The notes under the pieces: generated by a model | The model's input: only the letters and a program-made list of their open reading frames with translations | Told to the model about the DNA's origin: nothing | Databases searched by the model: none | Assembly (NCBI GenBank): GCA_900128585.1 | Contig: LT642195.1 | Span: forward strand, 1 to 36,769 | DNA: 36,769 bases | Direction of reading: 5' to 3' | Origin: Stramenopiles sp. TOSAG23-3 | Taxonomy: Eukaryota | Shown: piece by piece, positions 9,619-19,936 of the stretch | Numbering within the stretch: position 1 is the first letter of the stretch | How the letters are laid out: each line of letters starts with the position of its first letter | Position numbers and translations under genes: made by a program

Positions 9619-10496
9619 TTTGTTCTTTTTTGTATACGTTGAAAGAATGCAAACGAATGTACGGGCTATATATATAAATTGTTTTTACCTCGGTGCGTGT
9701 TCAAAACTAGAGTCTGCATTCATACATATTTGTAATACACATATGATGGATCGGAGGCACACATGAAGTAAGCGAGTGAATATATATGTGTTGCACTTTT
9801 ACATTCTCTCTCCTCCTCCTCTTTCCTCATCATCATCAATCACACAACAACAACATTTATTAAAATTATTATTATTATATTTATGTGTGTGACGACTGAC
9901 GACCCTATATCTTAAATTAAGGAATTAATATTTTGTTATTATTTTTCGGGCTTTATACTATATATTCTTAGTTTTACTGAGAATATCAAAAATCCTGAAA
10001 TATATAAGATGATACGAAATAATCATATTTTATATATAATATTATTCATTGAATTACAATACAATAATAATATATGGATGAAACGACTACTAAACGGATA
10101 AAAAAAACCTATTTAATGTTATCATTAGGGTTAATATTTTACCCAATCTTCGTCGACGGCGAACGACGAGAAGAAAAGAGAAGAAGAAAAAAAAAGAAAA
10201 ACAAAAAATATAATAATAATATTTTTAATAATAAAAAAAAAGAAGATGAGATGATGATGAAAATTAGTTTTGTTGTTCTCTTCTAGAAGAGAAGTGTATT
10301 TATTATTTATATAATAATAATTTTATAATATTGTACTTTTTGTTGTTGTAAACAATACAATTCAACTGTATGTAAAATGCCATTTCGATTTCATTTCCCC
10401 GGTTATCTTGCCAAGACAGTGGTTAAATGACATATGCAAGGGTGCAATAAGTAGTAGACCAACATTTTTTAAAGCCGGAGAAGTTAGGAAATAGTA

Positions 10497-11615
10497 ATGG
10501 CTGGAAGGTCCTCATCGCTTGCTCGGGCCATCCTACGGAAACTGACGGCCTTGTCCGTGACTTGGGAAGCACCGCTCTCGAACGTGCTTGACTTCACGAC
10601 AGTACCGTTCCACATTTTTAAGGCCGTGTGCGACCGTTCGGTTCATTGGGATGACTTTGACGCGGCATGGAAAGATATTTTGACCCCTAACAACTCATAC
10701 TCGGATATTTTGCAGTGGGCAAACAACACGAGGGCGCAGTCAATGATGCGGCGGGTATTCTTGGAACAACGGTACGGCCGGAGCCCGCACATGAAAGACA
10801 TTTTGGAAAAACACTCTTTTGCAGACGCCTTGTATTTGCCGAGCCGAGATGAGGTTATAAGCGCATTCCAGATGAAAGACTGGGGCCGCCATCCGGAAGG
10901 GGAAGATGTTAGGAAAAATGAATTGTTAAAGGGGTTAAAGTCCGAACATGATAGCGTGGAGCACTGGAGCCTGGAGGATATAATGGAAAGCGCGGGGTGC
11001 TGTGTTTATGGCAGGAACGAATTTAACTACTTTTGCGAAGAGTTCCAACATTATGAATTTCTGACCTCGACGTATGTAGATGCATTGGCGAACCATATAA
11101 GAGCTAAGGCCAAAAGCAGTCCCCCGAAAGGCGGGAAAGAGTTTATTTTGTTGGAGATTGGTGCGGGAAGTGGTCGGTTGGCCGCTCACCTAGAAGAAAG
11201 ATTGGGAAGCGACAACATCCTTGTGGTGGCCACCGACAGCGCCGAGTGGAACCTGCAACAGCATTTTCGAGTGGAACACTATAACCACAAAGAAGCGCTG
11301 AAATTGTTTAAACCCGACATGGTTCTTGCCTCGTGGATGCCTGTCGGGGTTGACTGGACGAAAGATATCCGAAGAGCTGGTGTGGACGAGTACATTCTGG
11401 TCGGGGAAGCTGACGGGGGATGCTGTGGACACCCTTGGTACACTTGGGGGGTTGTGCATGGCAGAACGGGGAAAAAAGGCGCCATAGCTCCCTTCGTTGC
11501 AGACGGCTACAAAAAACTGCCCTTGGGAGACATATCCAAGCTCCAATTGCAGCGTTACGACAGCAAACAATACAATCAAAACAGTCAAACGGTTTCATTT
11601 CAATTCCAAACTTGA
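10497..11615 (+). CDS. Putative class I SAM-dependent methyltransferase-fold protein of unknown substrate
   Basis: 372 aa; motif I ILLEIGAGSGRL, followed by VVATD and PDMVLASWMP...EYILVGE. Confidence 0.65.
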   Translation: MAGRSSSLARAILRKLTALSVTWEAPLSNVLDFTTVPFHIFKAVCDRSVHWDDFDAAWKDILTPNNSYSDILQWANNTRAQSMMRRVFLEQRYGRSPHMKDILEKHSFADALYLPSRDEVISAFQMKDWGRHPEGEDVRKNELLKGLKSEHDSVEHWSLEDIMESAGCCVYGRNEFNYFCEEFQHYEFLTSTYVDALANHIRAKAKSSPPKGGKEFILLEIGAGSGRLAAHLEERLGSDNILVVATDSAEWNLQQHFRVEHYNHKEALKLFKPDMVLASWMPVGVDWTKDIRRAGVDEYILVGEADGGCCGHPWYTWGVVHGRTGKKGAIAPFVADGYKKLPLGDISKLQLQRYDSKQYNQNSQTVSFQFQT

Positions 11616-11741
11616 GAAGAGATAAATTTGATACGTTTCCAAAATATGATAGTTAATTTTTTCAAAATATACTCACATGTGACTTTAAATTAAATGGTTT
11701 ACACACACATGAAAAGTTAGTCAATATACAGTTTATCGCTT

Positions 11742-13748
11742 TTACAGGGCGTACTTTTCGACGACGTTATGTTCGCTTTTAGCCGATCCTCCACCAAAGC
11801 CGTCCCCAAAGAACCCAAGAAGCGCCGCGATGTTAAACGGGGATAAGCCCTCGCCTTCTTCGTGATCGAGTTTGAGATCATGATCCCTGTCTTCCAATGA
11901 TTTTTTTACAAGCGTTTTTACAGTCTGGTCCATTTTCTCGCGTTTGGTTTTAGAGGCGTGAACCCCCATCTCATCTTTTTCCTTGTTAAGATACTTCTCG
12001 AGCATATCTACCTCTTTGCCTGTTATGTTGTTTTTGCTGGCACTTTGTTTCATCTTTTCCATTTCCTTCATCTTCGCCTCGATATCCTCCACTTTAGGGT
12101 CATCCTCTAACAACAACGTGTCCATGTCTTTCAGACATTGTCGTATCTTTTCAATTTCTTTTTCTACAAATTCTCGCCGCTCGCGCTTCTGCTTCCATTT
12201 TTTGCCCTCCTCGTTGGCCTTCTTCTGTTGTTCTTCCGCCTGGCGTTTTTGCGCTTCCAGTTTTTTCGCCCGTTTCATCTTTTCCGCCCGCTGCTTGGCC
12301 TCCTCCTTCTCTCTCTTTACTCGTTCTTTGTCTTTTCGGGCTTCTTCCGCTTTCTTTTCGGATTTCTTTTTATCCAAAAAGGTTTGGTAATCTTTTGCAG
12401 CCTTGTCTTTAATTCGTTTGGCCCTTGCTTCTTCACGCTTTTGTTCTTTCTGCCGCTTCGCTTCCGCCCGTGCTTCGCGCGCGGCAGCGATTTTCCCCTC
12501 CTTTTCTTTTTTCCGTCGTTCAGCCTCTTCTTTCATCGCGCGCTTCTTTGCTTCTGCAGCCTCCTTTGCCCGCCGCGCCGTTTCTTTAGCTTCCGCCTTC
12601 TCTCTCAGTTTCTTCTCTTTTTTTTCTTGCTTCAACCGTTCCTTTTCCAGGGCGGCCAATCGCTTTTTTTCTGCAGCTTCTTCTGCGGCCTGCTTTTCCA
12701 TTTGCTGTTGCCGCTGCGCGGCCAGCTCTTTCTGCCGCTGCGCCTCCAAGCGCTTCAACTCTTGCTGCTGCCTTATTTTTTCTGCCTTGTCCCTTGCTAT
12801 TTTTACCTGTCGTTCCTCTTCCTGGCGTTGCCTTTCTGCTTCTTGCTCTCTGCGCTTTTGTTGCCATTTGGCCTTCGCCTCGGCTTCTACTTTTGCTTGT
12901 TCGACAGCTGCTGCCCTTTCTTGTTCTTCTCTTATTGCCCGCTCCTTGCCCTTCTTTTCTTCGTGCGCCGACCGCCGCTTTGCCCTTATCATCAGCGCAT
13001 TCAACTCCTTTTTCTTCACTTCAAGTTCGACCTTCTTTCCGCTTACCAGGCCTTCCAGTTGCTTTAATCCCGCGACGGCTTTGGTCCGTGTCGCCTTGGC
13101 GTGTTTTGCCTGTTCGTGCTGTGCCTCGATGTATGACAGCCGTTGCTGAAACGCTGTCTGCTGCTGCTTCATTCCTTCTACCATGTCATGAACATTCGCC
13201 GAGAACCCTTTCAAACGATCGTTGAATGATTTTATTTCCGCGGTCGACCGCCCAAGCAAATCGTCAACCCCCCCTTCCCCGTGAAGGTCCTTCACCGTTT
13301 CTTGTACGTATTTGCTGTTGACGGCAACGTGTCTAATTTTCTGTGACAACATCCTGTCTTGGTCTCGACCCTCCGTCACCTCTGCCTTTAACTTTTTTAA
13401 CCTAACTTTCGCTAGATCTATCTGTTCCTTCAAGCGTTTGGCCTCCTCGGAGGCATTTCGGGCTTTCAACTGAACCCCACTTTCTGCCTGAGAAGCCTCT
13501 TTGCTCATGAAAGAGAACTCTGACCGAGCGGACAGAATACGAAGGACGAGCCGCTTCAGTTCCAAAATTTGATCAGACGCATGGCTGACTAGGAGTACAA
13601 AATCCTCCTTCAAGTAGGAAACTTCATGCTTCTTTAAACGTTTGAGTCCCGGGTACAAAGAAGTTATCTCCTCCATTACGGTGGAGACCTGCTCTTGTAC
13701 GTCTCCGCCTCCCTTCGAACTTTTCTTTTTTCCCTTGAGAAAGTTCAT
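11742..13748 (-). CDS. Long K/E/R/Q-rich coiled-coil protein (possible single-alpha-helix region)
   Basis: ORF of about 668 aa from the first ATG at 13748 (MNFLKGKKK); long charged helical tract; no family recognised. Confidence 0.7.
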   Translation of the reverse strand: MNFLKGKKKSSKGGGDVQEQVSTVMEEITSLYPGLKRLKKHEVSYLKEDFVLLVSHASDQILELKRLVLRILSARSEFSFMSKEASQAESGVQLKARNASEEAKRLKEQIDLAKVRLKKLKAEVTEGRDQDRMLSQKIRHVAVNSKYVQETVKDLHGEGGVDDLLGRSTAEIKSFNDRLKGFSANVHDMVEGMKQQQTAFQQRLSYIEAQHEQAKHAKATRTKAVAGLKQLEGLVSGKKVELEVKKKELNALMIRAKRRSAHEEKKGKERAIREEQERAAAVEQAKVEAEAKAKWQQKRREQEAERQRQEEERQVKIARDKAEKIRQQQELKRLEAQRQKELAAQRQQQMEKQAAEEAAEKKRLAALEKERLKQEKKEKKLREKAEAKETARRAKEAAEAKKRAMKEEAERRKKEKEGKIAAAREARAEAKRQKEQKREEARAKRIKDKAAKDYQTFLDKKKSEKKAEEARKDKERVKREKEEAKQRAEKMKRAKKLEAQKRQAEEQQKKANEEGKKWKQKRERREFVEKEIEKIRQCLKDMDTLLLEDDPKVEDIEAKMKEMEKMKQSASKNNITGKEVDMLEKYLNKEKDEMGVHASKTKREKMDQTVKTLVKKSLEDRDHDLKLDHEEGEGLSPFNIAALLGFFGDGFGGGSAKSEHNVVEKYAL

Positions 13749-14393
13749 CCTGAGAACGGCTGCGCCCAAAAGACCCAATAAAAGGCACGATCAAGGGTTG
13801 CACTGAATTGTGCCTGCCGTGGTATTAACGACGGTTTCTTCTGCGATATATGGAAAGAAACCTGTGCATAAGTTCATAATCTACACAGCAGTATTCGTGC
13901 AAACATGGTAATATAGTAGCAAGGTGCCCTCCTCTGAGAGAACTGAATATTAATAATATAATGTATACATTCCTCCAGCTGTACCTTTAGTTTCTTCAAT
14001 AATAACAACAACAAAGTGTAATACCTGGTACGGTACCGTACATGGTACATGTTAATGTTATATTAATTGTATAAATAATAGAATTAAAGCTGTTACAGCA
14101 TCCGATTCTTCGATAACTTGTTTTGCAGACTTATTTGCAGTTCAGTTTGGTTGTTGTATTATGTGTATTGTGTGTTTTCAGCATTGGTAATTGGGAAGCA
14201 CTTCGCTCCTCTACTACGGTGGTACCGTGACGTAATTAAAAATATATAGGAATAGTACAGAGATAGCGATTTATACCGAAAGCTCTATATAATAAGTGGA
14301 ACAAAGACTATGATGTATTTCCCTATGTATGGAGATTCCATTGGAGCAGTAGTTGCGATGTGGAAAAAATTGTAGTTGGTAAATTATTACTTT

Positions 14394-15536
14394 TTACTCC
14401 TCCGCTGCGTCACCTTCTGCCTCTTTGGCTTCCGGATCACCTCCTTCCGCAGCGGCGGCGGCGGCGGCAGCGGCTTCTTCCGCCGCCTTCGCTTCAATCT
14501 CTGCAAGTTTTCCATATGCACTCTTTTCTTGCGCCTCCGCATCTAATTTCGACGCACTCAACTTTCGCTCCCCCGCGGCAGCCTGCTCTTGCCCCAATTG
14601 GACGGCGGCTTCCAGGACTTTCGTTGTTAATTTACGCGACAATGCTACCCGATCCAACTCCTCGACTACGTTATCGTTAATCCATGGTAGGAAGATTTCT
14701 TCGACTTCCTTCGCCAGTGGGTCATAAAAGTGACCTGTATCCATGAGACTACCAAAAACATTTTCGTGAAGATCGCCCAAATAATCTTTCGCAAATGCCC
14801 GGGCTTGAACTTTCTCCGACACGTCCTTCTCTCGTACGATTCTGTCCTCCTCCTGAACCATTCGTCTCTCTTTCTCGTCGTAGGCCCGCTTGGCTTCTGC
14901 TTCCAGACGTTGTACTTCAGCTAATTCGATGTTTCGGTCCTGCTCAAACTCTTCTTGGCGTCTACGAATAGTGGCCAGCTCTTCTTCTTCCAACACTTCT
15001 TGCATGCCCTGCTCCATAGTCTTTCCTACCAGCACCTCGAGGATGGGTTCGACTTCCAAGTCAAAATCGAACAAGTCGTCTTCCACTTGCGTTTCCTTGT
15101 CCAAACCTGTCTTGGACGGGATAAAGAGGGGCAAGGGCGGTCGGTCCATGAACGCTTCCGTCTGCGTCTCCTCGTTCACTTCTGGTCGCCGGTCTGTCAG
15201 TTCTTCTAAGTAATTGTCCGTTTGTACATCAATGTGCTTTCGCCCCTCTACCGGTTCGATTTCGTTCCCCATGGGCCCCATGGGGTCCATAACGTCCATC
15301 GGGGTTTGTGCCTGGGCTTCCCCGGCCTGGGAACGGGCCATCTCCTCCGCCCGCGCGTTGGCTTGGACGACTTGGGCGGCGTACGTGTTCCCGCGAACAA
15401 CACGCCGGTCGTACATAATATTCGCCGATACTGGACCTTCATCCTCTGCCGGCCGGTACTTCTTGCGACTCCGGCGACCAGTGTTCCCAACGGCTTTTGG
15501 TTTCGCGTTGAACGAGTATGGTCCTTCTGCTGACAT
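14394..15536 (-). CDS. RSPH3: Flagellar radial spoke protein 3
   Basis: NIMYDRRVVRGNTYA, EGRKHIDVQTDNYLEELTDR, QTEAFMDRPPLPLFIPSKTGLDKETQV, DLFDFDLEVEPILEVLVGKTMEQGMQEVLEEEEL are diagnostic RSP3 motifs. Confidence 0.95.
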   Translation of the reverse strand: MSAEGPYSFNAKPKAVGNTGRRSRKKYRPAEDEGPVSANIMYDRRVVRGNTYAAQVVQANARAEEMARSQAGEAQAQTPMDVMDPMGPMGNEIEPVEGRKHIDVQTDNYLEELTDRRPEVNEETQTEAFMDRPPLPLFIPSKTGLDKETQVEDDLFDFDLEVEPILEVLVGKTMEQGMQEVLEEEELATIRRRQEEFEQDRNIELAEVQRLEAEAKRAYDEKERRMVQEEDRIVREKDVSEKVQARAFAKDYLGDLHENVFGSLMDTGHFYDPLAKEVEEIFLPWINDNVVEELDRVALSRKLTTKVLEAAVQLGQEQAAAGERKLSASKLDAEAQEKSAYGKLAEIEAKAAEEAAAAAAAAAEGGDPEAKEAEGDAAEE

Positions 15537-15543
15537 GGTTACT

Positions 15544-15563
15544 TGTGTGTGTGTGTGTGTGTG
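15544..15563. repeat. (TG)10 microsatellite immediately upstream of the RSPH3 start
   Basis: Read directly from the sequence. Confidence 0.9.
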
Positions 15564-16352
15564 ACGGAAGTCGAGCTAATAGTGGTTCAAACAATCCTTC
15601 TTACTGTAGCGCCGAAGATGAGTATAAATCTTTAACAAGGTGACAGAATCTCTTCTATCCTATTTTCTTTCGTCTTCTTCTTGATCTGATCATTTTTGTC
15701 AATGTCATGTTTTTATTATTAATTATTAACTCGTATTATTTTTCTTCTGTTTTGGTGGTGGTTCTTCTTCTTCTTTTGTTGTGGAGAAGTTTATATAATA
15801 ATAGTAGTTTTACATCATCATCAATCAATTGAACACAAGCAAATGTCCAATATAAACACAGTATAGGATGTCTTCCTTTTCTCTGTAACGTTGTCTAATT
15901 AACTAACTAAAAGGCAACCTTTGCATCGTTCATTAAGGAAATAATATTATTTAACAATTCATAGAATTAAATACTTTAAATAACATTTGGATAAGTATAT
16001 CCTAGGTACATACATTGTCTTGTCCTTAATATATATCATTTTTATGTCAGTTTTTTTTTTAACGAATTTCTTTGCTAATATTATCAATTCGCCTATTTGT
16101 TACGTTTATGTTGTACTTAATATAAACTAAGTATATAAATCATTTTACAAGGATATAGCATAGACGCATGATTATTGAACATAGAAATATGACCGTTTTG
16201 TCTTTTCTCTTTTGTTGTATGCATCACTAATTAGATAGGTTTCTTAAATAGTAATGTAAATACAAAATAAGTATATTTAAATAAATCTATCTGTTAATTA
16301 AATAAAAAACAGCACCACACAGCAATTGATAAATTCAATATATCTAAATGCG

Positions 16353-16388
16353 TTTCTTTCTTTCTTTCTTTCTTTCTTTCTTTGTTTC

Positions 16389-16424
<36 letters not shown>

Positions 16425-16432
16425 TTTCTTTG

Positions 16433-16463
<31 letters not shown>

Positions 16464-16526
16464 GTTTGTTTGTTTGTTTGTTTCTTTCTTTCTTTCTTTC
16501 TTTCTTTGTTTGTTTGTTTGTTTGTT

Positions 16527-16582
<56 letters not shown>

Positions 16583-16587
16583 TTTTC
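16353..16587. repeat. Compound (TTTC)n/(TTTG)n tetranucleotide microsatellite
   Basis: About 235 bp of TTTC units interspersed with TTTG blocks. Confidence 0.95.
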
Positions 16588-17162
16588 TAGTGAGGAATCT
16601 GTTCTCTGATTCGATCTCATTCTTCAAAAAAAAAAAAGGGGGGCTTCTTAACCCTATTACATAACATTAATACATAAAATATCATCATTTACATAAACAA
16701 TTAACAATTATTAAATATATAAGGAATATAATAATATATAATAATAGTAGTAGGTGTATTTCGTTTTATCACTCCTTATTAGTATATAGATAATGACCTT
16801 AATAATACATTTAACGTCATTCTAAAAAATACAACAAACCATTCAATTAAACTAACATTTTTAATCCATTTGATGGTAGTCATTATTTAGTTTATATAAT
16901 GAATGCAAGAATAGGTCTAATTTAGTTATTTACATTATTGGTATTTAATTGCTTCTTTTTGGTTCACGAGAAAGAAACATTGAAGCGAAATACTTATAGA
17001 ATCGACCTTCAGCAATGTAAACCGGTAAACAAAATGTCGAATGTGAACGATTGACGTCTGAATAAGTCTCACAGTATTATAGCAAAGTTGTATTCCCCCT
17101 CTTTGTAACAGGTTGAATAGAGTCTTTGCGCTAGAGGGCATTGATTCACGGTTTGTCTTGTC

Positions 17163-18128
17163 ATGAAGGGGTTCTCAGCTGGAGCAGTTGTGCTGGCCGT
17201 CTTTCTGGCGGTGTCGCTAAGTTCTGCAACCGTAGAGGCAAGTAGTGCCACGACGGAGCAGAAGAATGCGCTTTTGAAGCACGCCAAGAGAGTGCCAGGG
17301 GGTGGGATGAAAGGGGCCGAAAAGGAGAAGGTCCATGAACCCCACCACCGCCTGCACCATAGCGCGGCGGTCGAAGCGACGGTGAACGCGGTGCGAGCCG
17401 CGCAAAATAGGAAAGTTAGTGATAGCAAGCCGGCGAAGCACACTGCACACGAAAGGAAAGTGAACGCGGTGCAGGAGAAAGTACAGGCCGCATCCCACCA
17501 CAAAACGACCGACTCGTTTTTAGAAGTCGGCGACAAGAGCCTTGCGAAGGACACGCTCCGTTCGCAAGCGCACGCGCATGCGCACGCCCGTGCCAAGGCG
17601 GCGCAGATGGCCTCGCTCATGGGGGGCTTCCCTGGCATGGCCTTTGGCCGAGGTCGCGGAGGGTACCAACGGGGTGGAGGGTTTGTAGGACCCAGCGAAT
17701 TTGACAACTCGTGGTGGCAGCCACCGCCGAGTGTTGGTGGGGACCCTTTCTTGCAGGGGTATAGTCAAAAAGTATCGCCACAACATTTGTTTGGGTACGG
17801 TGGTATGCCGGGAGGAGGCTTTGGGACCGCACACCACTACTGGGGGCAAGGGGCGTACAAGTACCCAATGAACCAACCTTGGTGGCGGGGACGAAGCTCT
17901 GCGGCGTACGCCCCCGCAGCAAGCCGAGGCGTCTCCCCGTACTTGCCGTACCAAACCCCACGCGATAGTTTTGGTTTGCGACAGCCAGGCATGGGCGCGA
18001 ATTTACCAGTTTCGTCGCCGTATTATTACACCCCGCCTCCGCTCCAAGGAGACTGGAACCTTCCACGGAATCCAGTTGCCCCACCAGCCGAAGCAGGGGC
18101 CAAGGCTACGGAAGGCTCCACTCGATAG
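17163..18128 (+). CDS. Secreted low-complexity protein (signal peptide; His/Ala/Lys-rich N-half; Gly/Tyr/Pro/Trp-rich C-half)
   Basis: 321 aa; MKGFSAGAVVLAVFLAVSLSSA signal-like segment; GC-rich, coding-like composition between AT-rich spacers. Confidence 0.75.
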   Translation: MKGFSAGAVVLAVFLAVSLSSATVEASSATTEQKNALLKHAKRVPGGGMKGAEKEKVHEPHHRLHHSAAVEATVNAVRAAQNRKVSDSKPAKHTAHERKVNAVQEKVQAASHHKTTDSFLEVGDKSLAKDTLRSQAHAHAHARAKAAQMASLMGGFPGMAFGRGRGGYQRGGGFVGPSEFDNSWWQPPPSVGGDPFLQGYSQKVSPQHLFGYGGMPGGGFGTAHHYWGQGAYKYPMNQPWWRGRSSAAYAPAASRGVSPYLPYQTPRDSFGLRQPGMGANLPVSSPYYYTPPPLQGDWNLPRNPVAPPAEAGAKATEGSTR

Positions 18129-18237
18129 GTGTGTGTGTGCCCAATGGCCCTTACTACAATAAATTTTTGATGGCACAGTATGTAAAACTATATATTTAAT
18201 AAATATTCACGGCGGGTACGCTTCTAAAATGTTAAAA

Positions 18238-18327
18238 CATGTAATTAGAAAAAGTTATTTACCTTACGTACGCACTCTCACGCATGTAATTTAGAAAAAG
18301 TTATTTACCTTACGTACGCACTCTCAC
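18238..18327. repeat. Near-perfect tandem duplication of about 45 bp in a convergent 3' spacer
   Basis: catgtaat(t)tagaaaaagttatttaccttacgtacgcactctcac at 18238-18281 and 18283-18327; the copies differ by one T. Confidence 0.9.
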
Positions 18328-18356
18328 CTACAAAAAAATATGTACAGCACACGCAC

Positions 18357-19178
18357 TTACGCCCGAGACAGCTGGTGCGCTTTCGAAGTCAATGGGACAT
18401 ACCGAACGCCCAAGATGGCTTGCTGGGAAACTTTTCCATCGCTGTCCTTATCCACCATGAATATTTCTTGGGCACCATTTTCGGGGCCAACAGGGATAAC
18501 CATCCTGCCCCCCTTCGATAATTGCTTGACCAACACTTGCGGGATGGACGGCGCAGCTGCACCGACATGGATTGCATCGTATGGGCCGTGCTCCTCGAGT
18601 CCATCGAACCCATCGACAACTTGCAATACTACCCGCCCGGAGTCTAGCAAACTGGCATCGTCGCGTTTCACATTTTCAATCGACGACTGCACCAACGTAT
18701 CGATGTGGTCGATGCCGAACGCTTGCCCTCCCTCTGCCATTCGTGCAAAGCAAGCAGTCAAGTACCCCGATCCACTGCCTACGTCCAAAATGTTTGATGT
18801 TTCCGTTATTACTGGCGCCAACCAATCCAGGGCATACGCATGCATGTGCGGGGCAGATATGGTGGCCCCGAGCCCCAAGGGGAGGGGGTTGTCGTCATAG
18901 GCATTTTTCTCAAATTGTTTGGGAACATACATTTTGCGATCCGTCCCTAGCATAGCTGCTTCCGTCAATTTATTGGTTATAATTTTGCTATTGGCAAGAT
19001 TTGCGACCAATTCTCTATTCGTACGCCCACCGCAACGCCAGGCCATCGCGCTACTACTCTCTACCCCCTTCGCAACACGGTTCCCTTTCGAGCGCCCAGT
19101 TGCGCCAACGATTATACACCACCAAGTTAACGAGTGGACAAAACGTAGGATGTACTTCGCGATTCCCGTGCTTTGCAT
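18357..19178 (-). CDS. PCMT1: Protein-L-isoaspartate O-methyltransferase (PIMT); the conserved start MAWR is at 19046
   Basis: MAWRCGGRTNRELV, AYDDNPLPLGLGATISAPHMHA, ILDVGSGSGYLTAC, PYDAIHVGAAA, GGRMVIPVG, VRYVPLT. Confidence 0.95.
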   Translation of the reverse strand: MQSTGIAKYILRFVHSLTWWCIIVGATGRSKGNRVAKGVESSSAMAWRCGGRTNRELVANLANSKIITNKLTEAAMLGTDRKMYVPKQFEKNAYDDNPLPLGLGATISAPHMHAYALDWLAPVITETSNILDVGSGSGYLTACFARMAEGGQAFGIDHIDTLVQSSIENVKRDDASLLDSGRVVLQVVDGFDGLEEHGPYDAIHVGAAAPSIPQVLVKQLSKGGRMVIPVGPENGAQEIFMVDKDSDGKVSQQAILGVRYVPLTSKAHQLSRA

Positions 19179-19360
19179 AGCTTCCTAACGAAACATGCAA
19201 CGGCATGGCACACAAGCACTCAATTAATTCCCTATCCGAATTTCAATGTCTTCGTACTCGTCTTGTGTTGAATCATTCTCAATTATTACAAATGAAGACT
19301 GCATCATTTCAATAATTAATTTGTTTTATTCATAATATAATAAAATAATATAATTAACCA

Positions 19361-19391
19361 CACCACCACCACCACCACCACCACCACCACC
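19361..19391. repeat. (CAC)n microsatellite
   Basis: Read directly from the sequence. Confidence 0.9.
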
Positions 19392-19936
19392 GACGACAAA
19401 TGCTCAACCCTATTCTTCCTTCATTCTTCTTCTTCCATTCAACCCTGTTCCCTGTACCCTGTACCGTACTACCCTCTCTTCTTCATGTTCTCTTTTGTTC
19501 TGTCTAGTCCTCCTCTTCTTCCTTGTCCTGTTGTGTTGTTGTGTTGTTCTTTACCGTACGGGCCGCAGCACAACAAACAAAAAAAATGAAAAAAATAATA
19601 ATTCAACACAAACAACAACTAAAACTCTATTATACTACTCTCTGATTGATTTGATGATTGATATGATGAACGATGATATAATTAATACGTTCTTCTCTCT
19701 TCCCCGCGTGGCTGTAAAAAAATCGTTGAACAAGAAAATTGTATCTATACTTAAGTGTGCATTATCTAAAAATGATGGCGGGGTTGAATGTATTTGCAGC
19801 TGCTCGTTGATTGTCCTGATTATCACATTGTAATTGGTTTATTTATTTTGTTGCCCGTTCGAGTATAGCGCGCTTTCTTTCTACAAGCACAATTGTCGTT
19901 TATTTGGTAGAGAAGTGTCGAGTGTGGTGATAGAGA

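Noticed and set aside
11983..13225. Long plus-strand ORFs rich in F/S/L
   Set aside because: Antisense shadows of the K/E-rich coiled-coil gene.
8592..15536. Functional flagellar gene cluster (CFAP96-like and RSPH3)
   Set aside because: Two ciliary genes within 7 kb is unremarkable in a compact flagellate genome, and the intervening genes have no demonstrated ciliary link.
16294..16664. ORFs rich in KKER / FLSF
   Set aside because: These are translations of the (TTTC)n microsatellite.
18238..18327. CRISPR-like direct repeats
   Set aside because: Only two adjacent copies with no spacer and no cas genes, in a eukaryotic context.
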